The notes under the pieces are model-generated. The model had not been told where the DNA came from. It ran no database searches and saw only the letters and a list, made by a program, of their open reading frames with translations. DNA of 64,000 nt, taken from contig OX597816.1 in NCBI GenBank assembly GCA_951406725.2, positions 93,558,001 to 93,622,000 of the forward strand, written 5' to 3'. This document shows, one piece after another, positions 38,358 to 52,060 of the stretch (its first letter is position 1; each line of letters starts with the position of its first letter). This DNA comes from Octopus vulgaris. Lineage: Eukaryota. The position numbers were made by a program, and so were the translations under genes.

Positions 38358-38713
38358 TCATCCTAATTCAGTGCAATCATTAACAGTACTTTCAAGCAAT
38401 TCAGCCCCGAGCAACGCCGGGCAATTCTGCTAGTATATATATATATATATATTTGTGTGTGTTTGGTGCAAATAGTTCGTTCATCATTTTACAGATTAAA
38501 AATTTGTTTAGTTAGTTGTTGAAAGACTGTTGTAATGAAATAGACTCAGAAACACTATATTGCACTTATCTACAGGAATCTTATAACATGACTATGTAAC
38601 GTAGAATCGAAGTATATTCGATGCGGTATAAACACGCACAGAGATTCCGCACGCATGCATCACATCTCTATTTTATACTGTTACAAACACAAAATGCTAT
38701 TCCGCTTTCCTCC

Positions 38714-38744
<31 letters not shown>

Positions 38745-40942
38745 ACTAGCGTGCGCACACACACATACACACACGCAAACATTCACGCACACACGCACAC
38801 ACACATTCTCACATACAAACTACAAAAATCGATGCGAAACGTTCGCGTTCAATGGGTGAGAACTTAAGGATTCTATATAATCTACAAAATTCTGCTTGGT
38901 TAGCAAAACATTTCCATTGTGTCGTCCTTGATTTCCTGTAATTAAATCAAAATGTTTATTTGAAGTCTAAATTGAACAGGAGAATTAGAAAATAATTTGA
39001 AATGTTCTTTAATTTCCCATTTTTTCTTGCATGGATAAAAAAATTAACACTAAATAACAAATATAAAGTCTTTGTCAATTATTTGGAAATAGCCTTGATT
39101 TTATTTATTTATTTATTTATTTTATTTATTTATTAAGGTTATTATTATCTAAGAATGAAATAACCGACTTCCATATTTGCTGGTCTAAATACCGCCACAC
39201 GCCATATTGAACTATAATATATAAATAATATTATGTATTCTTTTTTTTTTATTGCTTTACGTTTATATTTATACGTTTATTTATGTATTGCTATTTACAA
39301 TATTTTGATTTTTCTTTTCACCTGAAAGGTACTTGGTTGTTGGTGTCCAGGTTGATTGTCGCCATGGCAAATCAAGCAGTCGTTCTATGTCGCCTCACTG
39401 GCGTACGCAATCAGTCGAAGGACCACTACCATCGTGTAGCTAATTTCCAGTTCACTTGTTGAATATTCAGTCGCATTTGATTTGATCAACGTTATTCTCT
39501 TCCTATTCCAAATTTTCACCCTTGCTTTCCTATTTCAAAGATCTGTGTGTGCGCATATGTATGAACTGATGATCGTACGTAACAATGCATATATTCGTGT
39601 GTGTGTGCGCGTGCGCATATTTATGTGTTTGCGTATGCAGAAAAGGCGTCGCACATCTGAATATTGAAACCTAGTGACTAACGTCAACTCAACGCAAAGG
39701 TAATTTGCTCGCTGTAGTAACCTGCTCAATTATTACCTCACATAAATGTTTTAAAAGGTAAAAGTTATACTGCGATATTTAGAGTTATTCTAATATGAGT
39801 AACAGGTGAAGACATGCTGGTCAGAAGAACGGGTCAAAATGTAAAGATAAAAGCAGGATAATTTAGGAAATTGTTTTTCATAAGGCTTCCAGCTGTTTTG
39901 AATTCATAGCTGATTGTGTACAGTTCAAACGTTTTAAACTTATCATATGATGTAAGACATAATTATTACAATTTTTGTCACCACGGTTTAGAAAAATGAA
40001 ATACGATTAGCATAATGACGTGCGTTTTGTTGATTTCTTTAAATTTGTTTTCCAACTAGTCAATTAGTTTATGCTTTTTTTTAAATGTGAGTAAAGTGTT
40101 AAGTTGACACCAGGTCCTTGACTTGAATTTTTGTGGATTAACTTAATTAGCAAATAGAAATGAAATTAATAAATGAAAGCACAATAATAATAAAAGTTAA
40201 ATAGTTCAGATGAATAGAAACAGGGAAGTATTCGAAAAATGTGACATTATTTAAAGTTATTAGTGCTTTATGTAAAATATAACGAGGAATCAAAACAGAA
40301 TTTAGAACTACACCATATCACGCTCAACATGGAATATAAAAATGTAGAATGTTAAAGTTGAAATTACGTTACTAAAGATTTTAGAATTTAAATACAAATT
40401 AAGGAAGTATGGAAATTACACAATATACTGTAAAATACACAACATTGCAAAATACATTCTATATCATCAATAAAATAATGTAGCAAGATGAATTTTAAAA
40501 GCATTTTCATGCTCTTTGATCAGAAAGTCTGTTATGTTACCAAAATATTCGTATCCTTCTTGGAATCTTTTAGTATATCTGTATTAGAATTATGAATTAA
40601 CATTTTCGGCATCTCTAATTCACATGCTTTTTCAGTAATATTTCTGAAATATCTGAGGAGACTAGAAAAACTCAGAAAAATACAAGTTTGTTCAATCGTT
40701 TTCCCAGAAACTTAAGTAGCGGAAGAGAAGTAAAGTAATCTATGGAGAGGATTGGTCGAGGAAGTAAGAGACTTCGCAGTTCAGATTTGACTTTTGCGCT
40801 TGTTCAGCCAATGAACAATGTTAACTGACATCCAATATTTTTTTCATATCAGCATGATTGACCGATTACGTTTCTTTCTGATATTGAAAACTACAAAAAT
40901 GGTTAAAGGTACCTTTTTACTACTTAACACTATACCTTCCTT

Positions 40943-42080
40943 GAGTGAAGGACGAAACCCCACTAGGACAAAGCCCCTTCGGACAGAACCTTTCGGATAA
41001 AACTCTCTCCATTATATTTTTCGATTATTTTTCGCGCGCCCCCCCTTTACTTGTTTCAGTCATTAGACTGTGGCCATGCTGGGGTATCGTCTTGGAGAAT
41101 TTTTAGTCGAACGTATCGGTTACAGAACATTTTTTCCCTTCTTACTTGTAAATTTTAGACCGCGGTCATGCTGTGGCTCTACCTTCAAGATTTTTTAGAC
41201 GACTATATGAAACCCAGAGTTTCTTTTTTAAGCCTGGCCAAAACCACCTCTGTGATGTATTTCGTTTTCTTCCCCTCTGTACTTGTTAAATCATTAGGCT
41301 GCGGTTATGCTGGGACACCGCCTTGAGGAATTTTTAATCGAATGTATCAACTCCAGAATTATTTTTAGGTGATTTTCAACCAGCGTATGGAGTTAAGCTT
41401 AGACGATCTCTCAGCACGTTAGAAATAACAGCCAATTTTCTTGAATTTCTTTTTTTAATGATTTCACGAAAACAAAAACGGAAATCACGGTTGTAATAAA
41501 AAAAAGTTTATTTTCCAAAATTCCGATTTTAAGTAAACAAGAATACATTCAATCGAAAATGAATAAGTAGAATAGAATAACAGAACACAAGACTCTTTAC
41601 TACTCAATGTACATATTGTCTGAATTCTAACAATAGGAAAAGCATTTAGTTCAAGAAATGTGTAGAAAGATAGAAACGATAAGAAGTACGCTTAAACGAC
41701 TAGCCTTCGGTGCCATAATTCTGTTAGACATTCAACGGCCGGAGAAAATTCAAACGGTCACCTCATTCTCCTTAAGTGCAGTGAGAAAAAAAAAAAGAAG
41801 AAATTTGAATTTTAAAGTAGTAATTTTGCTGCAGCTAAAAAATTTTCAAGGCGGTGCCCCAGTATGGCAGCAGTCTAATGACTGAAACAAGTAAGAAAAG
41901 GAAAAATTCTGGGGTCGGTACAGCTGACTAAAAATTCTTCAAGGCGGTGCCACAGCATGGTTACAGTCTGTAATTTACAGAAACAAGTAAAAAAGATGAA
42001 AAATAACCAATAAGTATAACCAAGGGTGTTTTATCCTGGGGCAGGGTTGTCCTAGGGGGGTTTGGTCCAGATCCCACTCT
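40943..42080. mobile_element. Fold-back DNA element with subterminal 'ggac-aaaccc' repeats enclosing SINE B tail modules
   Basis: The left end is 'ggacgaaaccccactaggacaa...ggataaaac'. The right end in reverse complement is 'ggaccaaacccccctaggacaa...ggataaaac'. Three minus-strand and two plus-strand SINE B tails lie inside. Confidence 0.55.
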
Positions 42081-43591
42081 CGTTCATGCATAAAACATCA
42101 GGAGATCAATATAGATAAGATTTAATTAACCAGCAATATTGAAGAAACATTATATAAGAATATCACGTATTCCATCGACTCAGTGAAGACTGAATTAAAG
42201 AACTATGATAGCAAAAGCCACAATATATTGAGAAAATAAAGAAAATACAGAGTCCAATAAAAATAAAGTAAAAAATTTTAAAATACCATAAATAAAATTA
42301 ATGAAAATAATCAAACGAAATGCCACAGCTTTTAGATGTGGACAATCGCAATTTTATGCTGAATAGAGAAAATTCTCTAACGTTAGACAAGTCTTCAGTT
42401 TCAGGCTTTAGTAATATTTGACTAGATTATAATGTCTCAGATAAGGAAAATACCGTAAAAAAAAAAGCAGATAGTAAGAATACATATGAATAGACAAACC
42501 TAATCAAGCATCTAACAAAAGAATTAATAAAAGGCAATATTAAAGATTTCCACAGTCATTTGCAACTGTATATGCTCATGTAAAAGCCCAATTCTTTAGG
42601 TTAGTAAGTGCTCAAATGATTTGTAAAAGAATAAAAAAATACAATTAATTACGACAATGATACTGATGTTAAGTATCAAACATACTTCCTTCTAAATAAC
42701 AACACTCGTAAATAAAGCCACATAGTTGTTATAAATGTTTAATCGTGGTCTTTTACTCGTATCTATCACACTCAGCATGCTAGCTTAGTGAAACCAATTA
42801 ACATTCGATAATTATGGTATATCATCACTAACATTTAGGTACAGGTGTAAGCCTTTCACTCACAAATATTGAGCTGTTTATCCGTTAAGGACAAGTAACT
42901 ACTTTTACACAACATATATAGAAAATTTCAGATTGTGAGCCACAAATAAGATGTTAACTATACATACGGCCATTTTGTATACGAGTGCAGACCGTAGCTT
43001 AATTCATCAGAATGAACAAGCATGAAATAAAAGAGAATATCGGTTCTAGAGACACAGAAGTTTAGTGACCACATCAAAGTCTATCAATTAACTATAATTT
43101 CATAACATATATAAATATACATTACTTTATTCTAAAAATACAAATTAATGCTCGAGCACTCGACAAAAACAAATTAATGTACTACTCTACAGCTAATATT
43201 AGGACAGAATAACATTAAATACAATGAAAACCTTGGACTAAAATAGAATATTCCTGTTTGAATCCTTAGCATCTAAGGAGAGAGTAACCCACTATGAGTA
43301 AAATACCGCCAGAGAATAGTATGAAGATATGGGAGTAAGAAAGAGGGGAAAGACATGAAATGTCAGGAAAATAGTTATAGTAGAAAGGAAAGATATTTAA
43401 ACAGAGAACAAATTCAATGTAGTTTTTACGCCTTTTACCATAAGAAAGAATTTTCTTCTCTACGGTAACTGCAAGAAATTTGCATTAAGAAGTTGAAACA
43501 TTTTAAGTAACTTCAAGTTCATATATATATATATATGCTTGGAAATGGATGCGTGCGTTCAATCAAATAATAGTATAAATAATATATATAT

Positions 43592-43649
<58 letters not shown>

Positions 43650-43650
<1 letters not shown>

Positions 43651-43921
43651 GTTCCGACCCTCGATTCAATAACACCGTGTACAAACTCTATACTTAGAAT
43701 GACCAATTTTAAATACTATTGGAACTCACTCACAAGGTACTGGAATCTTATATGTATACCATTCTGCCTAAATAATGGATCTACAGATGCAATATCCCTG
43801 CATATCTCACGTCTGTTTTCATTCCTACACTTCACTCTGTATTTCATATCTTATCTGGAATAACTATTACTTACCCATTTTCTCACACCGTCTCCGATGA
43901 AGGGATATATAAAATATCCTG
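43650..43921 (+). mobile_element. Penelope-like terminal-repeat fragment ending in a truncated hammerhead half
   Basis: 'gtct-CCGATGA-a-gggatat-ataaa-atatcct-g' has a core-like strand and a stem II hairpin. The GAAA/stem III half is missing. Confidence 0.45.
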
Positions 43922-44229
43922 TCTATGCGTATATGTGTGTGTATGTGTTTATTTGTGTTTATGTAATCACTGTTAATGTTTATCTATGTGTATCAAATAT
44001 GTACCAAAAGCATACCTAGCGTTCCAGTGACATGTCTATGAAATAATTGCCAAACTGAAATTAGTACTCAGATCGATAGGGTCGATTAAAAACCTTTCGG
44101 GACAGTGCAACCAGTATCATGGCTTCAGTAAGATGATTGTAACAAGTAAAACTACACACACACAGACACACACACACACAAACACAAATACACATGCATA
44201 TACATGCATGTATATAGGGAGAGGAGAGA

Positions 44230-44314
44230 GAGGTAGATAGATTGATAGATAAACAGATAGATAGATAGACAGACAGACAGACAGGCAGCCAGGCAGACAG
44301 ACAGACAGACAGTC

Positions 44315-44349
<35 letters not shown>

Positions 44350-44382
44350 TAGATAGATAAATAGATAGATAGATAGTTAGAC

Positions 44383-44441
<59 letters not shown>

Positions 44442-44468
44442 TAGATAGATAGATAGATAGCTAGATAG

Positions 44469-44527
<59 letters not shown>

Positions 44528-44601
44528 TAGATAGGTAGATAGATAGAGAGAGAGAGATAGAAGATAGATAGACAGATAGATAGACAGATAGATAGACAGA
44601 G

Positions 44602-44632
<31 letters not shown>

Positions 44633-44645
44633 TAGATAGACACAC

Positions 44646-44723
<78 letters not shown>

Positions 44724-44740
44724 ACAGCTAGATAGATACG
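44230..44740. repeat. Long compound (TAGA)n/(CAGA)n microsatellite
   Basis: Direct inspection. Confidence 0.95.
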
Positions 44741-45619
44741 TGGGATGAATGCATGTATGTGTGCGCTTGTGTATGTGGTAGTTAGAGTAGAAGATGTGAG
44801 CGACCATCAATCCATAAACACTTTTTCGAAAGCATGACTGTTCGTGTTTGTAACGCCAAGAAAACAAACAAGAATCAGAAATCAGTGTTGAAATGCCATT
44901 TTCCAATTGTATTACCAATGTTTGCAGCACAGTACCTCAACACACATATCTATTTGTTCTTTATTAACAATTTCAATTACAATGAAACATGCCAGAGTTG
45001 TATTAATCGGCGCCAGGATACTTGAGTAGACTGTGCTATAGTATTTTCGTACTAAACGAGTCAACTGCTAAAGGTCAATGAGTGGATGTCAAATTACAAA
45101 TGTTTGTGTATTTATGTATAACTAAATAATCTTATCTCTGCGTCTTAGCTGCCAATATGTGTACACTATATTCTGCTGATCATGATATCTTTTACTTTTC
45201 TAGTTTTTTTGTGCTTTTGTTGTTGTTTCTTTTGGACTATGTGATCAGTTCATAAAATGTGAATAAGCACTCCAGTTGACACCAAGTCATTGTGTCGTGC
45301 TTCTTTTTCCTTTCTTTTTTCTTTCTTAGATTAACTCAACATGCAACCCTTAAAGAGCCTGCTACTATTATTCTCTTTTGTATTCTGTATTCATTGAATC
45401 CATTGGCAATGATTCCGCAATCATAAACCGTTACCTAAAAAAAAAAGTCAGAAATTTGAATAAAATGCTTTTGGTCAATTCATCATGACCTAAGAGTGTT
45501 TTGAATACGCATCTTTTGTTTTCTTCTAATTTTTACTTCTGAGTTTAGATAAAGAGGATGGATCTCTGACTCTTGATATCGTTAATATTCCGTATAAACT
45601 GGTCAAAATAAAATGAACG

Positions 45620-46340
45620 AGAAGATTCTAGAGGGATGAAAAATTTTGGATAAAAAATTGGAGATAGTAATTAGTGGGGAGGAGGGTTTGAATATACCAA
45701 AGATATCAAGAGGTGGAGAGACAGGTGAGGTGGAGACACCTGAGTAGTAGATGCATGAGCCGAACCAGCTCTGAGGAGCAGAAACTGTTATAGGAACGAT
45801 AGAAAAGAGAGAAAGGGTAGACAGTACGCCTGTGACCAGAGGCTGTAGTGTGTCTATTTGTGGGGTGCCAAAAAGCCGAGAAGCCCTTCTCTGGATGCGA
45901 TCCAGATTGTCAATGTGCATAGCGGCAACACCGCCCCAGAAATGTAAGTTATACTCCATTATAAGATTCACATTTGTAGAATGTCAGCAGTTGTTGAAAT
46001 AGTTTCAGATTTGAAAGATAATAGCTGACTTTTGTGATGCAGTCCTGGCAATGCTAGGGACATGCAGGAGCAATTCTAGCTTATAGTGAGACTTATAATT
46101 TGGAGTGATTGAGAAAGCTCTAGCAAAGAGCTGCGCATGTTTAGAAGGAGTATGGCTCGATGTGGTTTTTCTTATTTTTCTTGATATACGTAATGCTTCA
46201 GCATTTGCTGTTAAGAGACAAAGACGCTCTCAAGGTTTCTGTGTATGCAATAAATGCAGAATTGTGTCATCTGCATAAGAGTAGATGTTTGTCGAAAATG
46301 GAAGCAAGCAGGTCATTTAAACACTCGCCGCACTGTTGCA
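45620..46340 (-). mobile_element. CR1/Jockey-like LINE remnant (RT C-terminus)
   Basis: The minus strand gives 'YADDTIL' at about 46255-46277 and 'EYNLHFWGG...LDRIQRRASRL...LQPL'. Confidence 0.7.
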
Positions 46341-46554
46341 TTCTGATACGAAGCTACTGAATCTAGAGATGACACATGCGACACGCACGTTACATTCATA
46401 ATTGGGAAGTATGGGAAACAACCTTTCTTTCAAACATGCTTTATTACAAGAAGAGCTTGAATTTTATTGGCACTATAAGTTTTTGATTGCTCCCTATACC
46501 TATATCCGGAATAATTCGAGGTTTTATTCCAAGTTTAGTCAATATATCTCTTTT

Positions 46555-46930
46555 GAGGCAGAAACGTTAGCATGCCGGGCAAAATGCTTAACGGTATTTC
46601 GTCTGTCGATACGCTGTGAGTTCAAATTCCGACGAGGTCGACTTTGCCTTTCATCCTTGCGTGGTCGATAAATTAAGTACCAGTTACGCACTGGGGTCAA
46701 TGTAATCGACTTAATACCTATGTCTGTCCTTGTTTGTCCCTTCTTGTGGGTAATAAAGAAATAGGTATTTCGTCTATCTTCATGTTCTGAGTTCAAATTC
46801 CACCGCGATCAACTTTGCCTTTCATCCTTTCGAGGTTGGTAAATTAAGTACCAGTTACGTACTGGGGTCGATCTAAGCGACTGGCCCCATCTCCCAAGAT
46901 TTCGGGGCTTGTGCCTAAAGAAGAAAAGAA
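46555..46930 (+). mobile_element. Dimeric SINE family A
   Basis: Same head-core-tail1-core-tail2 layout as 31363-31760. Confidence 0.88.
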
Positions 46931-47039
46931 TATATCTCTTTTGAAGCTGAAAATAAAATCGATCTGGTTATCATATTTCTCCGGTTGAATGCCATATTAT
47001 TGTTTTTGACACTTGGTTGTAAAATGTTATACTTAGCAT

Positions 47040-47960
47040 TACTATTATGTGTTTTGAAAACCCTTATAATTTTACTTCCCTGATAGATTTTGTTCTAGGA
47101 AGGAAAATACTATTGAGCAGATTTGTAATGCTACTATTCTTTCATAAAAATATTTGGAATACCAAAATACATTAGCGAATACTAGATGCTAAGGGGACGT
47201 TATATAAACATGCACAATATAGTTTTAGTTGGAAATTTACAAATGGTGCCGATCAAAGATATATCCGTTCACTGAGACTTTTCAATGTGTTTCTAGAATA
47301 CAAAAATAGTAATGAAGACCCTTCAGTCTGTTGAAGGAAATGTTAAAGCGGGTGGTAGAGAAGTCAGTACTTTCCATTTTGTCGATGATCTTGATTTAAT
47401 TGCACATATTTTGATACATTTTCAGAAAGATTTGGAAAATAAGTGCTGAAAATGGTTAAGTACTTGGGTGACTCTGCATAAGGTTGGTGAACTTGAATAC
47501 TTGAGAAGAAAAATAACGGAAGCCGTGAGATCAAAGAAAGAGTTCAAATACGGAAGTGAAACAATTAAAGTGGGCTTTGACAAAATCAGATCTATTTGGA
47601 AAAATAAATTTAAAGATTACATTAGCGAATACTAGATGCTAAGGGGACGTTATATAAACATGCACAATATAGTTTTAGTTGGAAATTTACAAATGGTGCC
47701 GATCAAAGATATATCCGTTCACTGAGACTTTTCAATGTGTTTCTAGAATACAAAAATAGTAATGAAGACCCTTCAGTCTGTTGAAGGAAATTAAAATAAT
47801 TATCATATTAAGAACGAATACTATTTTAGCGGCAGTCTGTAGGTGTGGCTCATGGGCATTTAGTGCTAAAAGTCAACAAAATAGTCAAAGACTTTGCAAT
47901 GCGATGTTACGGAAAGAGCATTCGTATTCCATATGCAGATCTTAGAACTAACAGTTTGTA
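47040..47960 (+). mobile_element. Highly degraded RTE-like LINE RT remnant containing an exact 174-bp duplication
   Basis: 'FHFVDDLDLI' at about 47372-47401, followed by EYL/IWK-like remnants. 47168-47341 equals 47618-47791. Confidence 0.55.
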
Positions 47961-49829
47961 AACCGTGACTCTTCAATCAGTTATCAAATGAAAGAAAATG
48001 TAGTAGTTTTGTTATAAAAAACATTATTATTTCCAACCTGAAACAAATATGGCCATGCATTGAAAAATATTGTGGGAAAAGAGTAATGGTGTTTAAGCAA
48101 CATGAAGAGCAGACTGCGACGAAAACGGCGGAAAACTTAAAATCAGTTGGTACACTAACAGAAAAGCATGAATCTTTTGTCACTGGGTGACAGGTGTGAT
48201 TGTTTGATTTTGAAGACGAAACGATGTTCAAGTTTAATCATTTTTCGTAATGACTTCTGTTATTTTTGTTTTAATGTTTAGTTTGGAGAAAAGCGTTCTT
48301 CTGAACATCAACGTTAGTAGATCTTTTCTTCTGATTGAAGGGTTTATTTGTGGTGTTTAATTTTATTGCTGCGTTTTTATAGCGACCAACAAAGATCATT
48401 ATGGCTGTTACTGATAATATCATCATCGTCGCAATATTCTCACGAACATACATCCATTCATACATACAAGCATACATACATGCATGCATACATACATACA
48501 TACATGCTTGCATGCATGAGAGTTGTCCACTCGTTAAACGAGTATGACCATGGTTGACTAAAGTATGTCACGGTATTACATGTGAGAACGACAATGGCTC
48601 CTGAATCCTGCCTGCGACTTACAGATAGCGTGTGTATGTGTACACGTATATGTATATAAATACATACACATGAAATATACACAGGAATGTGTGTGTGGTT
48701 TGTGTGTGCATGCAAAGATAAGTATTTCAGGACGTAACCTGCCTTTACATGAATCTCATGAAGTCACTTTACTATTGTTAGTTCAAGATAAGTGGGAAGT
48801 CTTAAGCTTTGAGTCACTCAAGTGATTGATGGTCGTGATATTCCTTGTAGTTCTGTAGATGAAGTGCGATCAAAGTAGAATGAATTCGACTGAACCGAAC
48901 CTATGACTATTTTGTATTTCTAGTCACTTCACGTTATGTAATTAAAGCCCTCGTGATAGCACGTCACAAAGCTCCTTTTATTTATTTATTTATCTATTTA
49001 TTTGTCATTTCGTCCTTGACCTTATGTAATAAGTCATTATCCGCGAATGTGAAAGATTAAGGAAAGGCTTATTACGTAAACTATAAGTATAGGAAGAAAA
49101 CAAACTTCCTACCACAATCATGTCACAATTTGAATCAGAACTGCAAAACTCAACAAGAAAATAAAATTCCGTATATAAATATTATATGCTATGTAACAAA
49201 GAAATCAATTCCACCAACAAAATTAATTGAAATTATAGCATATTCATTAATGAAGCTCGTGACTAACATGCGCCAAGCAACATGAAAGAAATAAATCAAA
49301 TTTGTTTTTGAAAATAAACGATCATGTTGTTATGAATGTTATTCTGCTTACTTACGGCTGATATGTTAATGTATATCTTTTACATATGTTGCATATTTTG
49401 TCAGGTCGACCTTCGCGGTCTAATTGTTTAATGTAGCTTATACAACTGTATTATATGTATAAAACAAAATTAGTGATAAACGTTGATCGGGCTATCCAAT
49501 TTCTATTATTTTCTGAATAAAATGCCATGCAAATTGTAATAGATCTGTTCTTAAATTCTTTATTTCCACCAGCCCTGGATTATCTAATTTTAAAATTAGC
49601 GACATTGCATTTCCTCAATTATATATTGAAGTGACCTATAAAATATTTTATTTTCATATTTACTGACATTATTAAGCACACTATCTTGGTCACTGTCAAA
49701 GAATATAGACTTGACAGTAGAAAGATTTTTTTTTTCAACATTAAGTTCTCCAGCATCTCCAGAAATACTCCAAAGATAATTCTCTGATAGCGAATCTTCA
49801 GCGCACATCTTCCCAACAGTGTTTCTCAA

Positions 49830-50500
49830 ACAGCAGATTTTTATCACAATGACTGTATAACAACATATTTTATCACACAAGATTTTATTACAAGGACTGT
49901 ATATCGGCAGGTTTTATCACAATGACTACTTAACGGCAGATTTCATCACAATAACTAGCAACAGATTTGATCACAATCACTGTATAACGTCAGATTTTCT
50001 TACAATGACTCTCTAGCAACAGATTTTATCACGATGGCATTCTAAATACTGGTTTTATCATATTGATTGTATAACAACAGATTTTTCCACAATGACTATC
50101 GAACGCCAAATTTTCGTACGATGGTGGTTTAACAACAAATTTGGTACAAAAGCTGTTTAACAAGAGATTTTCTCCAATAACTGACCAAGAATAAGATTTT
50201 TACCTTGGCAGTCTAACAACAAATCTTTTTACCATGACCATTTAACAGTAAGATTCATAAATAACTGTCTAACAATTTATGTTACATAATTACATCCCAT
50301 TTCCTGCAACCCTCTAACAAGTAATTCCTCTAACAACAATGACTCTTAAACAGTTTATTTTCCACAATAACTCCCTTACAAAAGGTTTGCTGTACTGACT
50401 CTCAAAAAGATATAATTCTTATAACGTTTCACTAACAATAGATTTCCAACTACATGTTTTCTACAACTTTATAACAACAAATTTCCAACACATTTTTCCT
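49830..50500 (+). repeat. Degenerate 29-bp minisatellite
   Basis: Consensus is about aacagattttatcacaatgactgtataac. 'cagatttt' occurs at 49991 and 50020 (period 29), and the array decays towards the right. Confidence 0.8.
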
Positions 50501-51397
50501 AACTGAAAGTTTGTTATAAAATATTACTACCAGTAACTGGCAAATAACAGGTTCTTCAACCAGAATTCTCTAAAAAGAGCATATTAATATAAATTCTTCA
50601 GAAGTGTATTTCCCGTGGTATACTAGTGTCTACAGTCATCATTATACACCCTGTACAATTGAATCCAACATCTGCATATTTATTTTATCGTTTTTACAAT
50701 AACCGTTCTATCAAGTACGTTATAATATCCTACTCTTTGATTGTTTCTAGTGAACTTAACCGCGTACCGTAGATGATTGGTAACTATTGCATCAGTATCA
50801 GTCAGGAAAATTGAACTAACAGAAAGTATGTGAAAGGGATCGGAATTAACCCTAATCAAGAAGAAATCTTTTAATCGTTTCCTTGACCCTATAATACACC
50901 TCAGTATTTGCGTGTAGCCTTGTGGTTATGTTAACCATCGTCATCTATTCATTATACTAGGAACTGGGCTACAGGTTACTATACCTCCTTTTATATCCAC
51001 AGGCATACGAGGATAAGTACAAATAAATTCTCATAGTTTCAGATACGCCATCTGATAAAAACTTAACTTCCTTTTACCTTAAAACTCTGAAACTGTGAAG
51101 AAACTATGGAACCTTTAGGTGGTCAGTCAACTTTCAAGAAATAGCAGTCATATACCATTTTAAAATACATACGATCAAATGAATAAAAGGAGGTATGCGT
51201 TTAATATTGGAGATCTAGATACGCAGTAATTCAGATAATAATGAAATATTTATTCATTGCTGGAATACTTTTAATCATAAGTCTTATCAGTCAAGTCTGA
51301 CATAAGACTCAACACCGACACCAGTCTCAAGTTACACAGTAGTGTGACAAAAAATATGTATTACAGTAGCTATTTTAATATTACACAATAAGGGAAG

Positions 51398-52060
51398 GTG
51401 GCGGTGGGTAGAACGGACACCCAGCAAAATTCTCGGCGGCATTGCTTCCGTCTTTACGTTCTGAGTTCAAATTCCACCGAGATTGACTTTGCCTTTCATC
51501 CTTTCGGAGTCGATAAATTAAGTACCAGTTGCGTACTGGGGTCGATTTAATCGACTGGTCCCATCCCACCAAATTTCGGGCTTTGTGCCTAGAGTAGAAA
51601 AGAATATACAATAAGGGAAAGTGGTGAGGTGGTAGAACGCACACCTAGCAAAATACTCGTTGGCATTACTTCCGTCTTTACGTTCTGAGTTCAACCTCTG
51701 CCGAGATCGACTTTGGCATTTATCCTTTCGGAGTCGATAAAATAAGCATCAGCTGAGCACTGAGGTCGACGTAATAGACTTACTCCTTTCCATGAAAATA
51801 CTGACCTTATGCCAAAATGTGAAATCGATAGGCAATAAAAATAAGGCAGAAGCTGGCAGACTCATTACCGCGCCGAAAGAAATCCATTTGCGCCATTTCT
51901 TCCAACTTTATGTTTTGAATTCAATGTCATTGAGTTCGACTTTGCCTTTCATCCTTTCGGGGTTGATGTAATAAATATCATTTGAGCATTAGGGTCGATG
52001 TAATCGACTTACTCACTTTCCTCAAATTGCAGGCTTTGTACCAAAATTTGAAACCAATGG
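51398..52060 (+). mobile_element. Three tandem SINE family A copies
   Basis: Heads near 51398, 51621 and 51845, each followed by 'ttctgagttcaa...gactttg.c.tt.atcctttcgg'. Confidence 0.8.

Larger units (their letters stand above)
36241..38433 (+). mobile_element. Compound non-autonomous Helitron with two 5' TC ends (36241 and 37590) and one 3' hairpin+CTAG end
   Basis: The 5' ends are A|TCTTATTATAAAAG and A|TCTTTATATATAAAAG. The 3' end is a cccgagcaacgccggg hairpin followed by ctgCTAG|T. It sits in (TA)n with no TSD. Confidence 0.85.

Noticed and set aside
49830-50500. CRISPR-like periodicity (29 bp)
   Set aside because: Units are contiguous with no unique spacers, no cas genes are present, and the context is eukaryotic.
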